From IMG/VR virus record IMGVR_UViG_3300044814_000107, positions 67,224 to 92,052 of that record: a stretch of 24,829 bases of DNA. One strand, 5' to 3'. Position 1 is the stretch's first letter. Every line of letters starts with the position of its first letter. Below are positions 14,078 through 23,417 of this stretch, one piece after another. The stretch comes from a virus (lineage: Duplodnaviria; Heunggongvirae; Uroviricota; Caudoviricetes). Position numbers and translations under genes: made by a program. The notes below the pieces were generated by a model. It ran no database searches, was not told where the DNA came from, and worked only from the letters and a program-made list of their open reading frames with translations.

Positions 14078-14788
14078 CTAACTACCGGCGGCGCAGGCTG
14101 CGAGCGTGACCGGATTCGGGCGCCGCTTGCGAGCGTGTCGGAGCGACGCGGCGAACATCCGCCACCACGCGAGCGGGATCCGATGCGGCACGTTCGGCCG
14201 GACGGAACGGTTGCGCTTGCCGTAGCCGCGCCACGCGCCCTTCCCGAGCCGCCACTGCCGCCACGACCCGTACCCGGTCTTCGCGCGGAGGACGCTCGCC
14301 GGCGTCTTCGTGTGCGTCGCGTGGACGCGCAGGCGGAGGCACTGGTAGACGCGACCGTCCTGGGAGAGGAGGTACTTGTCCGGGGCTCCCTGATGGCCGA
14401 AGCTCCAGAGCTCGACGTCGACGATCTGCTTGTTCTTCTTGATTAGCCGCTTGACCATCGCGGCGTGCTCCGACCCGTTGACGCCGAAGACGACGATGTC
14501 GCAGACCTTGACCTCGGAGAGGTCGATGTGGACGAGCTCGAGCCAGAGCGTCGTCGAGTTCCCGAACGGGTCGAAGTCCCTGTGCATCGGGTCGGGGAGG
14601 CCGACCCACTTAGTAAGAAACTGGACGCCCTTCGAGCAGTCCCCTTCCTCCTCGTCCTCCGGCTTCCATTCCGGCGGGACCGGCATCGGCCGGATAGCCC
14701 GGTACGTCCAGTCATGGTGCGCGACCTCGTCCGCGATGGTCGCGGACATGAGCGTTCCGAGGTTGGAGCGGAGTTCGGCCTCAGTCAC
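14078..14788 (-). CDS. Endolysin, NlpC/P60-type peptidase
   Basis: GDCSKGV (catalytic Cys), DIVVFG, HAAMV and SFGH. Located just downstream of the tail genes. Basic Trp/Arg-rich C-terminus. Confidence 0.75.
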   Translation of the reverse strand: MTEAELRSNLGTLMSATIADEVAHHDWTYRAIRPMPVPPEWKPEDEEEGDCSKGVQFLTKWVGLPDPMHRDFDPFGNSTTLWLELVHIDLSEVKVCDIVVFGVNGSEHAAMVKRLIKKNKQIVDVELWSFGHQGAPDKYLLSQDGRVYQCLRLRVHATHTKTPASVLRAKTGYGSWRQWRLGKGAWRGYGKRNRSVRPNVPHRIPLAWWRMFAASLRHARKRRPNPVTLAACAAGS

Positions 14789-14797
14789 GGCCGTAAT

Positions 14798-14980
14798 CTA
14801 CCGCGCGCCCTCTGGGGCCGTTTCGGGAACGAGGTAGCCGTGCTCGAGCGCGTCGGCGATGTACGGATCGGAGGGGTCGACGAGCGCCGCCTGCCCGAGC
14901 GGCAGCCCTGGAAGATGGATGGAGGCTCGCGCGTAGACGAGATCCTGCTGCTGCGACTCCGGGGAGCGGGGGGCGTCCAC
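14798..14980 (-). CDS. Small hypothetical protein (60 aa)
   Basis: GTG 14980 fills the gap between fibre and endolysin. No TM segment. Confidence 0.4.
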   Translation of the reverse strand: MDAPRSPESQQQDLVYARASIHLPGLPLGQAALVDPSDPYIADALEHGYLVPETAPEGAR

Positions 14981-14990
14981 GCGCTCTAGG

Positions 14991-15710
14991 CTAGACGATC
15001 TTGGTGAAGCGAACGAATGCGGGCAGGTATGCGTTAGTTCCGCCAGCGCCAGCATTGAACACCGGCGTCCCCGTAGTGGCCGTGACGTAGCAACGGATCG
15101 TGTACGTGTGTGAGCCAGCCGACGGCGTGAACCTGTAGGCCGCGTACATCGGCACCGCGTTGCGAATGGCTGTTGAGAGAGATCGAATCTGTGCCAGCCG
15201 TCCCAGTTCCGTCGACCCCTCGAAGAGGGAACAGTTGAAGAGATCACCGACTGCCCCGGTGTCGCAGAGAATGGCAGGCGAGAACACTTCTACTAGGACA
15301 AGGCCGCCGTCAAAGGTGATCGCGCCGGGCGAGATCACAGTTGTCGCTCCGCCCGAGGTTGTCCCTGTGATGTTCACGCCGGACGTTATCTCGGCGTACG
15401 CGATCTCTGTGCTTCCCGCCCCGCCACCCCCTGGGATCGAAACGTGCGCGACGCCGCCGCCCGAGTCGGTGACTGTCGCTCCGGTGAAGTCGATCTCCGT
15501 CGTCGGGCTGACGGTCGTGGAGCCGTCCGTGACTGCCAGCGAGGAACCGCCCACGTAGCCGAGCGAGTTCCAGTCCGTGGAGCCGTCCCCGATCTTCACC
15601 TTGCCGGTGTCGGTCTCGTAGCCGGGCTCGCCCGCTTCGAGGGTCGGGTTGACGCTCGTCCAGGTGGCGGCTGTGTCGCGGCGGAACTCGATCAGGACGT
15701 TGCGGCCCAT
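14991..15710 (-). CDS. Tail fibre / minor tail protein with Mtd_N-like N-terminal domain
   Basis: IEFRRDTAATWTSVNPTLEAGEPGYETDTGKVKIGDGSTDWNSLGY, followed by a beta-rich C-terminal domain. Confidence 0.8.
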   Translation of the reverse strand: MGRNVLIEFRRDTAATWTSVNPTLEAGEPGYETDTGKVKIGDGSTDWNSLGYVGGSSLAVTDGSTTVSPTTEIDFTGATVTDSGGGVAHVSIPGGGGAGSTEIAYAEITSGVNITGTTSGGATTVISPGAITFDGGLVLVEVFSPAILCDTGAVGDLFNCSLFEGSTELGRLAQIRSLSTAIRNAVPMYAAYRFTPSAGSHTYTIRCYVTATTGTPVFNAGAGGTNAYLPAFVRFTKIV

Positions 15711-16192
15711 TACGCGGACCCCCCATCGACGGTCGTGCCAGGCCCGAGCGAGCCGCCGGTAATCGTGCCGTCCTCGTCGATCTCGAAGATCACGGCGCCC
15801 ACGTGATTGAGCACCTGAAAGCTGGTGCCGGTGTGCGTCAGGTAGACCCCGATGACCTGCCCGTCGGCGTCGGCGGTAACGAGACTGAGCCCAGCGTTAT
15901 CGAGCGAGACGCGGGGGTAGTCAGTTCCTCCGCTGCCGATGTCGATCGTTCCGTCCGTGTTGAGGACGCCCAGGAAGATCCCGCCGCCGGACGAGTCGAC
16001 GAGGTACATCCCGTAGCTGCCGCCGGGGGGGAGGCCATCGAAGATCTCGTTGGTGTTGACGTAGAGCGAGCCGCCCTCGTTGTCCGTATTGAACCGAATG
16101 GAGGGCGGCCCAGGGGATCGTTCCAAGTTGGCGATTCGCCCTTCGTGGTTCCTGAGGATCTGCTCCTCGTTGGTGCGCTGGACGTTCGTCAT
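15710..16192 (-). CDS. Minor tail protein (putative)
   Basis: TAATG coupling on both sides. N-terminal HEGRIANLER coiled coil, then a Gly-rich beta region. Confidence 0.65.
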   Translation of the reverse strand: MTNVQRTNEEQILRNHEGRIANLERSPGPPSIRFNTDNEGGSLYVNTNEIFDGLPPGGSYGMYLVDSSGGGIFLGVLNTDGTIDIGSGGTDYPRVSLDNAGLSLVTADADGQVIGVYLTHTGTSFQVLNHVGAVIFEIDEDGTITGGSLGPGTTVDGGSA

Positions 16193-18450
16193 TAGAGGGT
16201 CGCGTTCGGGTCGGTGAGCAGGACGTTCGTGATCGTTTCCTGCTGGTCGTCGGCGAGGTCGACGTGGAACCCGTAGACGCGAAGCGAGAGCGTTCCGTCG
16301 CTGCGGATGCCGCCGCGCAGAGCGTTCCCCGATGGGGGCAGAGGCCGCCCGGCCCAGACGGCGACCTGGTCGCCGAGGTAGTAGGTGGTGAAGGCGTCCG
16401 GTGCGAGCTCCGGCGTCGTGTCGATCACGATTGTTCGCTTTCCCTGCTTGCGGAGCGTGATCTCAGCGAGGGCGAGGAGGCCGACTGCCGACGGGCTTGC
16501 AGGGGCTGGGTAGCTCTTCTGGACGTAGTACGGGCCGAACTTGTCGATGGAGGAGTCGTTGGTTGGGACGGGGGCGGCAACGTTTCCGGCCCAGAACTGC
16601 GCGATGTTCTCGATCAGGGTGCCGTCGTGGAGGTCGTCGACGGCGGTGAGGTTGCGCGGGAAGAGGTCCCAGCCGAAGACGGCGGCGTGTCGTGGCTTAC
16701 CAGCCTGGGCGTAGACGTTGAGGATCGAGATGACGCCGGGATTCGCGGCGAAGACGGGCTGGAGGAGGATGTCGACGGTGCCGGTCTGGCAGAGCTGCGT
16801 CCACGCCTCACCGACCGAGATTCCCTGCGCGAAGTTGATCGACTCGATGATCGGCGTAGAGCCGAAGTGGCCGGAGTCGATGTCGATGGGGAGATGCTGG
16901 CCGTCGTTCGGCTGATGATTCCACGGCATCGGGTCGGCGAACGTCGCGACGACCCAGGCGTAGGCGTTGGCGATCAGGTCCTTCACGATGTAGGCGGCGG
17001 TCTTACCCGTGTAGGTGAGGCCGTCCGGGCCGAGCAGGGAGCCGTCGGGGTTGAGGACGGGGAGCGTCTTCGCCCACGTCCAGGCGTCGTGCGCGGTCAG
17101 GTGAGTGATCGGCTCGTCCGCGGTGGCCTGGTCTTGGAGGATGGTGACGATCCCGCTGTACCGACACTTCCATGGCGGTCCCCCGATGGGCTCTTCGCGG
17201 CGGAGGCCGAAGATGAGGCGCTGGCCGTAGTCGACGCGTGGGGCTGGCCGATCGCCTCCGGTCTGGAGTTGGTAGACGTCCGCCTGGTCGGACGGGAGGT
17301 CGCATGTCATCACCGCGGAGTCGTCGAGGATGTAGTCGATCCCGACGTTAGTGGCGAGCCGGTCGAGGAATGCAGTCTGCTTTGCGTTGAGTTCGGTGAT
17401 TACCCACCGCCACGTGTTCTTGAGCCCGTGCGGGGTTGGCAGATCCGGTGGTGGGGTTGTCGGCACGTCACCGATGGCGAGCGAGACGGTGGCTCCGGCG
17501 TTCTTTCCCAGCGCGACGAAGATCAGCGGCGATGCGAATACGCCGTTGGCGTTCGACCCACCGGCGAAGGGACCGTCGAACGGGGACGTGTCCAGCGTCC
17601 ACGTCGCTCCGCCGTCGTCCGATTCGATGATCGTGTTGTCGAGGAGTTCGCTGTGGGCGACGACGACGAGCGTGCCGCCGGAAACCGCTGCGCCGTACCC
17701 GACAACTGAGTGCGCGGGGTCGTCGAGCGGGGTGGGAAGGAACGTCCACGTGAGGCCGTCGTTGCTGATGGCGACCGGGCATCCTGTCGAGGTGTCCTCG
17801 CCGAGCAGGTACCAGCGGTCGTTGTCTTCGTCCCTGTAGACGGTACGCGCGAGGACATCGAACGGGCACGTGCCGGTCGTCCATGTTGCTCCGTCGTCGT
17901 CGCTCACAGCGACGAGAGGGGAGCCGGAACCGTCGAGTCCGCAGGCGACCCAGCGCCCAGCGGCATGCGAGTAGGCGAGGCCGTAGACGACGCCGCCTCC
18001 GCTGAACGGTGAACTCTGGAGGGTCCAAGTGATCCCGTCGAAGGTGGCGATGATGTCGCCTGATCCGGCGCTGCCGACCATGACCAGCGGGTCGCCGCTG
18101 CCTTCCCGTTCCTTGACCGCGACAGCCCATACGCCTTGCGCGAAGTCGTCGATGAACGGATCACCCTGCCCGACCCAGGCGAACCCATCTTCGCTGGTTG
18201 CGATGGCGTCAGTCGCGCCGTATCCGCCCGCGATATAGAGCCCGAGCGATAGAGAGCGCGCTACGTCGTTGGCGAGATCGAGCGGCGAGACCTGCGGAGT
18301 CCAGGTAGCGCCCGCGTCGGAGCTCGCGATGATCGCTTGCCCGACTCCGTCGCCAGTAGCGACGTACTGGTCGAGGTCCGTGGCGTAGCAGCCGCGGTTT
18401 CCTTCGCCGCCGTCAAGCGGGCACGGAACCGCTGTCCAGGGAATCGCCAC
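16192..18450 (-). CDS. Tail tip/hub (Tal-like) protein with N-terminal Asp-box beta-propeller
   Basis: Six S/T-x-D-x-G-x-T-W-type repeats (SSDAGATW, SEDGFAW, TFDGITW, SDDDGATW, SNDGLTW, SDDGGATW), a Pro linker, then a hub-like region. Positioned after Dit. Confidence 0.7.
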   Translation of the reverse strand: MAIPWTAVPCPLDGGEGNRGCYATDLDQYVATGDGVGQAIIASSDAGATWTPQVSPLDLANDVARSLSLGLYIAGGYGATDAIATSEDGFAWVGQGDPFIDDFAQGVWAVAVKEREGSGDPLVMVGSAGSGDIIATFDGITWTLQSSPFSGGGVVYGLAYSHAAGRWVACGLDGSGSPLVAVSDDDGATWTTGTCPFDVLARTVYRDEDNDRWYLLGEDTSTGCPVAISNDGLTWTFLPTPLDDPAHSVVGYGAAVSGGTLVVVAHSELLDNTIIESDDGGATWTLDTSPFDGPFAGGSNANGVFASPLIFVALGKNAGATVSLAIGDVPTTPPPDLPTPHGLKNTWRWVITELNAKQTAFLDRLATNVGIDYILDDSAVMTCDLPSDQADVYQLQTGGDRPAPRVDYGQRLIFGLRREEPIGGPPWKCRYSGIVTILQDQATADEPITHLTAHDAWTWAKTLPVLNPDGSLLGPDGLTYTGKTAAYIVKDLIANAYAWVVATFADPMPWNHQPNDGQHLPIDIDSGHFGSTPIIESINFAQGISVGEAWTQLCQTGTVDILLQPVFAANPGVISILNVYAQAGKPRHAAVFGWDLFPRNLTAVDDLHDGTLIENIAQFWAGNVAAPVPTNDSSIDKFGPYYVQKSYPAPASPSAVGLLALAEITLRKQGKRTIVIDTTPELAPDAFTTYYLGDQVAVWAGRPLPPSGNALRGGIRSDGTLSLRVYGFHVDLADDQQETITNVLLTDPNATL

Positions 18451-18453
18451 GAA

Positions 18454-19482
18454 TCACGCCCAGGCGTTGCGGTAGACGACCTCAGCCTTGACGCCCGGCT
18501 GGCTGCCGTGCCAGTGGAGGTGAAGGTCGTTGTTGCCGGGTTCGAGCTGGAAGAAGTCGGTGTTGAGGACGTCGATGCACGCCTTCGCGTTCGCGCCGTG
18601 AGTCCCGGCTGCGTTGACCATTCTGACATCCGACCGGAACGTGTCGATTTCGATCCAGAAGCCCTTGGAGATCGGGAACGCGCCCGGCAGTCCCCGGTCG
18701 TACACGATCTGGAGAGGGTTGCCCATCTCGTCGACGGCCGAGTAGTTGACGAGCGTGAACCCATCGACTTCGGTGCCTGGCGGATCGGAAGAAGGGGCGC
18801 CGTAGATGCGGAGCACCGGCTCGTAGGCGACGTTCCCGGCGTTCACGACGGTGATTCCGCCGTCCGCGCCCTCCGCGAACGTGGCGATCTCGTCCGGCGA
18901 GTCGGGCCAGTTCATGTAGTCCGTGACGTAGGGGAGCGCCGACAAGAGCGCAAACGTGATGGTGGTCAGCGGCCCGTCGGGATCCTTCTCCCGCACGACC
19001 GAGACGAAGCCAGCCCCACCGTCTCCGGACGGGCCCATCGAGCGAGCCATATCGAGCATCCGCGGATTCGGAGCAGAGCCGCCGGCCGGCCACGCCGAGG
19101 GCCACCAGACGAGCTGGCCGTCGACGTTCGCGATCGCCTCGAGGTACTCGCCGAGGATGTCACCCATCTGGCGGAGAGCGCCGGCGCACGCTGGGATCCC
19201 CTCCGCACCGCTCCTCTCCCAGAGCTGGACGTTTAGCTCGACGACATAGCCGGACTTGAACTTCTGGTGGGTGATCTCGCCGTCCGCCTGCGCGAGGTTA
19301 TTCCGGGTGATGCGCCGGGCGGCGCCGGAGCTGCACTTGGCCGGGTCGAGCAGGAAGTACCCGAGCGCGTCTCCCTCCGACTCCACGAGCGCGTTGATCG
19401 GCAGCGGCCCGAGCCCCGGCGTGGTATCTGCCGCGTTCACCGGAGAGATCAGAACGAAGGGGATGTCCCACTCGAGGATCAT
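18454..19482 (-). CDS. Distal tail protein (Dit-like)
   Basis: Directly after the TMP (ATGA overlap). N.G.V..EPVLRIYG...FFQLEPGNNDL...YRNAW C-terminus is typical of Dit. Confidence 0.7.
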   Translation of the reverse strand: MILEWDIPFVLISPVNAADTTPGLGPLPINALVESEGDALGYFLLDPAKCSSGAARRITRNNLAQADGEITHQKFKSGYVVELNVQLWERSGAEGIPACAGALRQMGDILGEYLEAIANVDGQLVWWPSAWPAGGSAPNPRMLDMARSMGPSGDGGAGFVSVVREKDPDGPLTTITFALLSALPYVTDYMNWPDSPDEIATFAEGADGGITVVNAGNVAYEPVLRIYGAPSSDPPGTEVDGFTLVNYSAVDEMGNPLQIVYDRGLPGAFPISKGFWIEIDTFRSDVRMVNAAGTHGANAKACIDVLNTDFFQLEPGNNDLHLHWHGSQPGVKAEVVYRNAWA

Positions 19483-22400
19483 CCGCGACTCCCTACCTTC
19501 GCGCCCGTGCGGGCGTCTTGGCTGCCCTTCCCGTGCGGTTCCTTGTGGAAGCCCGGTGGCTTGGTGTTCGCCTTCTCGAGACGCCGCAGGAGCGCGTTAC
19601 TGCGGTCCGAGGAGCGGATGAGTTGATCGCGTTGGCGCGCGGCGTGCGCGCCAATCCGGGCTTGTTCGGCGCGCAGCCGGCCGATAGGCTCCACGAGCCT
19701 CAGTTCGGCACCGAGGATGAGCCGCTCGCTCGCGGTCAGCTTCGCCCCGACTGCGGCGACAGCGCGGATGGAGGCGACTTGGTGCGTAAGGATCGCCTGC
19801 TTGATGCGCGCGGCACCAGCGCGCGTCGCTTCGACGCCGTGATCCCCGATGGGGCCGCGCGGACCAGCCGGTCCGCGCTCGGAAGTGCGAGCAGGCTTGG
19901 ACTGGCGGATCGCATCGCGGATCGCGGCGTGTATGGGGCCGAGCGGTCCTTCCGGTCCTTCCGCTCCGCGACGGCGGGGCCGCTCGACGATCGGGCCTCT
20001 CGGTCCGAGTGGACCGCCAGCGATCTTCGTCAGCAGAGCGGTATGCCTCCGCGATTCGTGGAGTGAGGTGGAGCGCTGCACAGCGGCATGAACCGCCTCA
20101 CGGCTCCCGGTTGACCGCAGGAGAGCGGCCTGCGCCGCCGCCTTCTGCGCCGCTGCATGAGCCTGCGCCGCCTGCTTCTGTGCTACTGCGCGGATACGGG
20201 CCTGCTCGGTCTTGATGACCTCGAGCGGCTGGATAATCCTGATGTCCGCAGCCCCGCCAGCCCCGCCGATACCGCGGTACTTCGCTGGCAGCGCAGCGAT
20301 GGCCTGAGCCTGCTTCCCGAGAGCGGAGACCTGCGCCTTGAAAGCATCCGCGAACGCGGGTCCGCCGGCCTTCAGCGCGGTATGCAGCGACGCACCGTTC
20401 TCCGAAAGGATCTTGTGGAGCCGCGACTCGAACATCTTGTAGCCGATCCGTCCCTTGTCGAAGGAGGCGGTCAGGTTCGCGAGCTCGGTCTGGAGCGCGG
20501 AGCGCTGCATCTTCCCGACGTTCTGGAGTTGCGACGAGAGCGCCGCCGACGCACGCTGAATCTCGAAGGACGGCGCCCCCGATTCGATGAGCTTCTTGAG
20601 CTTCGCGAACGCCTGTCCCTGCGGACTCCCAGCGATCGCGCCGCTCGCGCCACCGAGCTTCGACTGAATCTCGGTAATAGTCTTAGCGAGATCCTGACCG
20701 ATTTTGTCGAGGTTCGTTTTTGCGTTCCTTACGCTCGTCGCAATCGCTTGGTGCGCGGTATTTATGGTCTGCTGGAGAGCGTCGGAGACCTTCTTGACGG
20801 AGCCAGTTACGCCATCGCCGACGGCTCCCGCCATGCTGTCCGTGAACTGCGCTCCGAGTTTCGCACCGGCGTCCTTTGCGGCCTTCTTCGTCTTCGGGTT
20901 ATCGGCGCTCTTCTTTAGCGAGTCGGACCATGCCGTCCCGACCTTCCCGATGTCTCCGGCACCCTTGACGATCTGATCCTTGCCGTTAGTCGCGAGATTC
21001 TTCATGGAGTTGAAGAGACCGTCGACTGCTGCCGCTGCCTTCTTGACCCCGTCCCCGAAGTACGGGATCCAGCCGGTCGCGCTCGCGGCGACGTCGATGA
21101 ACTCCTTCATCGGGAAGATCAGGTAGGCGACGATCCCGCCGCCGATGACCTTGACGGAGCCGATGATGATTTCCTTGAGCCCGCGCCAGACTTGGGCTAT
21201 AGCCGCGCCGAGCGCGACGGTGTACCGCTTCACCTGATCCCAGTGCGTGATGACGTAGGCGACCGCGATACCGACGGCGACGACGATCAGGCCGATCCCC
21301 GTCTGGATGATCGCGAACTTGATCGTCGCGCCAAGCTCGATCGCGGCGATCTTCATTCCGGTAGCAGCGGCAGCGAAGGAACTTTCGGACGTGACGGCGG
21401 CGGTCTTGACCGCGGTCGCGGCCTCTGCCGCCTGGACCTTCGTCGTCGTCCCGAACTGGGTCGCCGCCGTACCCATCTTCGTGAACGAGGTCTTCGTTTC
21501 CGCCGAGGTCACCTGCATCGTCGTACCGATCTGCTTCGTCGCGGTTCCAACCGTCGCGAGCTGAGCCTTCGACTGCGTAACTTCCTTCTTGACCGTCGTA
21601 CCGAACGACTTCGTCGAGGCGCTCATCTCGGTGGCCGACTTCTTGTAGGCCGATCCCGCCGAGGCGGCACCAGCCTTCTGCGTAGCGGCCGTCTTCGCTG
21701 CTTCTACTCGAGCCTCGGCCATTCGCACCTTGACCCTTTGCAGGGCACCGCCGACGTCGGTCTGGATCGCCTTACCGATGCTGCGGAACTTCGCGACGGC
21801 GAACGCCGCCAAGAACAGCTCGAGGACGTGCTTCGTGCCGCCAACCGCGTGAGAGAGCGCCTGGTAGATATGGACAGCGGCAGTGACGGCCGTAACTACG
21901 GCCTTGATGACCGTGGCGGCGATATGGGCGGCGGTGTTGAAGTCGCGCTGCAAGGCCCCGCTCTTCTCCATCGCCTTCGCCCACTTCACGATCCCCTGGC
22001 CGAGCTTCGTCACCTCGGGCAGCAGGGCTTTCCCGAGCGCCTCCTTCGCGTTCACCCACGCGATGGTCAACTGCGCCTGGACGTTCGCGAAGTCGCCCGT
22101 GTGCTTCTGCGCCAGCGCGAGGTCGCGCGGCAACTGCGCGGTCGCGAGCTGGTAGGTCGCGATGGCCTTCTGCGCCGGCGTCAGCGCCCCCTTGATCGAG
22201 CTGCTGAACCCGTCACGGAACCCCTGCGCCTGAACCTGTGCAGTCGAGAGGCTGATGCCGAGCTCGCGCAGACCGCGCGTCGAAGCGCCCGAGGCGGCGG
22301 TGTTGAGCTCGGAAAGAACCTGCGCCGCCCCGGTAATCCCACCGCCACGGATCTTGTTGATCGAGAGGCCCAGCTCCTCCCACCGCTTCGTCATCTCGGC

Positions 22401-22754
22401 CGCCTGCTTTCCCCCGATCCCCATGTTTTGGAAGAGGATGCCGAACCTCGTCGCCGCTTCCTCGGTCGCTGCGCTCGTCCCATTCAGGGCCTCACCCGCA
22501 CCCTTCGAGAACTTGATCAGCTCCTCGCCCGCCTTGCCGAACTCGGCCCGGATCGCTTGCCCCTGAACCTGCGACGACGCGGCCGACTCGATCGACGACT
22601 TGATGACCGACCCGAGAGCGGCACCTCCGAAGGCGAGACCAGCGATCTTGGCGAGGCCCGAGAACGACGAGCGGACGCCCGACTCGGTCTCGGACTTGAA
22701 CCCCGCCATGTTGGGGCGGATACGCACATAGGCGGATGCGATCTCGCCGGCGAT
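19479..22754 (-). CDS. Tape measure protein
   Basis: About 1090 aa, Ala/Gly/Lys-rich and helical, with a hydrophobic mid-section and W-spaced repeats. The N-terminus (M)AGEIASAYVRIRP begins at an ATC codon 7 nt after SD AGGGGG; the first canonical start is GTG 22727. Confidence 0.92.
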   Translation of the reverse strand: MAGEIASAYVRIRPNMAGFKSETESGVRSSFSGLAKIAGLAFGGAALGSVIKSSIESAASSQVQGQAIRAEFGKAGEELIKFSKGAGEALNGTSAATEEAATRFGILFQNMGIGGKQAAEMTKRWEELGLSINKIRGGGITGAAQVLSELNTAASGASTRGLRELGISLSTAQVQAQGFRDGFSSSIKGALTPAQKAIATYQLATAQLPRDLALAQKHTGDFANVQAQLTIAWVNAKEALGKALLPEVTKLGQGIVKWAKAMEKSGALQRDFNTAAHIAATVIKAVVTAVTAAVHIYQALSHAVGGTKHVLELFLAAFAVAKFRSIGKAIQTDVGGALQRVKVRMAEARVEAAKTAATQKAGAASAGSAYKKSATEMSASTKSFGTTVKKEVTQSKAQLATVGTATKQIGTTMQVTSAETKTSFTKMGTAATQFGTTTKVQAAEAATAVKTAAVTSESSFAAAATGMKIAAIELGATIKFAIIQTGIGLIVVAVGIAVAYVITHWDQVKRYTVALGAAIAQVWRGLKEIIIGSVKVIGGGIVAYLIFPMKEFIDVAASATGWIPYFGDGVKKAAAAVDGLFNSMKNLATNGKDQIVKGAGDIGKVGTAWSDSLKKSADNPKTKKAAKDAGAKLGAQFTDSMAGAVGDGVTGSVKKVSDALQQTINTAHQAIATSVRNAKTNLDKIGQDLAKTITEIQSKLGGASGAIAGSPQGQAFAKLKKLIESGAPSFEIQRASAALSSQLQNVGKMQRSALQTELANLTASFDKGRIGYKMFESRLHKILSENGASLHTALKAGGPAFADAFKAQVSALGKQAQAIAALPAKYRGIGGAGGAADIRIIQPLEVIKTEQARIRAVAQKQAAQAHAAAQKAAAQAALLRSTGSREAVHAAVQRSTSLHESRRHTALLTKIAGGPLGPRGPIVERPRRRGAEGPEGPLGPIHAAIRDAIRQSKPARTSERGPAGPRGPIGDHGVEATRAGAARIKQAILTHQVASIRAVAAVGAKLTASERLILGAELRLVEPIGRLRAEQARIGAHAARQRDQLIRSSDRSNALLRRLEKANTKPPGFHKEPHGKGSQDARTGAKVGSRG

Positions 22755-22756
22755 GG

Positions 22757-23044
22757 CTAGGCCCCCTGTCTACCCGGGCGAGGAGGGACGACGCCCATCA
22801 GCGCCATCAACTCGTTCGTGCCGGTGCTGACGGTTGCCGGGTCCCCGGCGAGGAGCTGACGGTCGAACTTCGCCTGCTCCTTCGCCTCCATCCACTCGGT
22901 GATCGCGGTGTAAGTCACGTTGACGAGTTGCATTAGGTCGAGGGAAGTGACTCCTCCGGGGTTTCCGGCAAGGAGGAGCCGTCCGTCGAGGTCGGCCCAT
23001 CGCTCTCGGGCGATCCAGAGGAGACGGGCGGCTGCTCGGTAGGG
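22757..23044 (-). CDS. Tail assembly chaperone GT extension (-1 frame)
   Basis: The -1 frame reads PYRAAARLLWIARERWADLDGRLLLAG...LMQLVNVTYTAITEW...QAKFDRQL and stops 2 nt before the TMP start. Confidence 0.6.
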   Translation of the reverse strand, partial: PYRAAARLLWIARERWADLDGRLLLAGNPGGVTSLDLMQLVNVTYTAITEWMEAKEQAKFDRQLLAGDPATVSTGTNELMALMGVVPPRPGRQGA

Positions 23045-23364
23045 CGGCCGGTCTGCACCTCGACGAGCCACTGGATCAGGTCGGTGAGGTCCTTCATGCC
23101 GACCGGGTCGTCTTCGCTCGCGCGGACGGCGTAGTAGCGCTCGGACGCGCGGTCGACGTTCTCGATCATGGCGACGATCGTCTCGTCGGCCACAGCCAGG
23201 ATCTCGGTCGGCGTGGCGGCCTCGACGTCGAGCGAGTCCCACCGCATGTACGCCTCCGGGCGTACGGTCATCCGGGCGTAGAACGTCTCGCCTCCGAGCG
23301 TGAAGGCGCGTTCGTCGCGCGTTTCCTGCTCGCGAACTCTCCGTGCGTCGTCGAAGTCCTTCAA
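22933..23364 (-). CDS. Tail assembly chaperone G
   Basis: TTG 23364 with SD AAAGGA. MKDFDDARR...FTLGGETFYAR...LIQWLVEVQTGRPT + Ser-rich tail. Directly upstream of the TMP. Confidence 0.75.
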   Translation of the reverse strand: MKDFDDARRVREQETRDERAFTLGGETFYARMTVRPEAYMRWDSLDVEAATPTEILAVADETIVAMIENVDRASERYYAVRASEDDPVGMKDLTDLIQWLVEVQTGRPTEQPPVSSGSPESDGPTSTDGSSLPETPEESLPST

Positions 23365-23389
23365 GGTGATCCTTTCGTTTAGAGCGCGC

Positions 23390-23411
23390 CGTCCGAGACG
23401 GACGCGAAAAT
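23390..23411 (+). promoter_or_regulatory. Putative promoter CGTCCG-N8-GC-GAAAAT for the antisense HNH
   Basis: Motif copy with exact 10-nt spacing and a degenerate -10. GTG follows 6 nt later at 23418. Confidence 0.4.
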
Positions 23412-23417
23412 AGGGAC

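Noticed and set aside
14036-14446. ORFs 14036..14446 (+), 13419..13907 (-), 13537..13857 (+) and 12421..13086 (-)
   Set aside because: They overlap the endolysin, HNH or tRNA features in other frames and lack motifs.
14991-15710. Diversity-generating retroelement suggested by the Mtd_N-like domain
   Set aside because: No reverse transcriptase, Avd or TR/VR repeat pair in the window. Mtd_N is a common fibre N-terminal domain.
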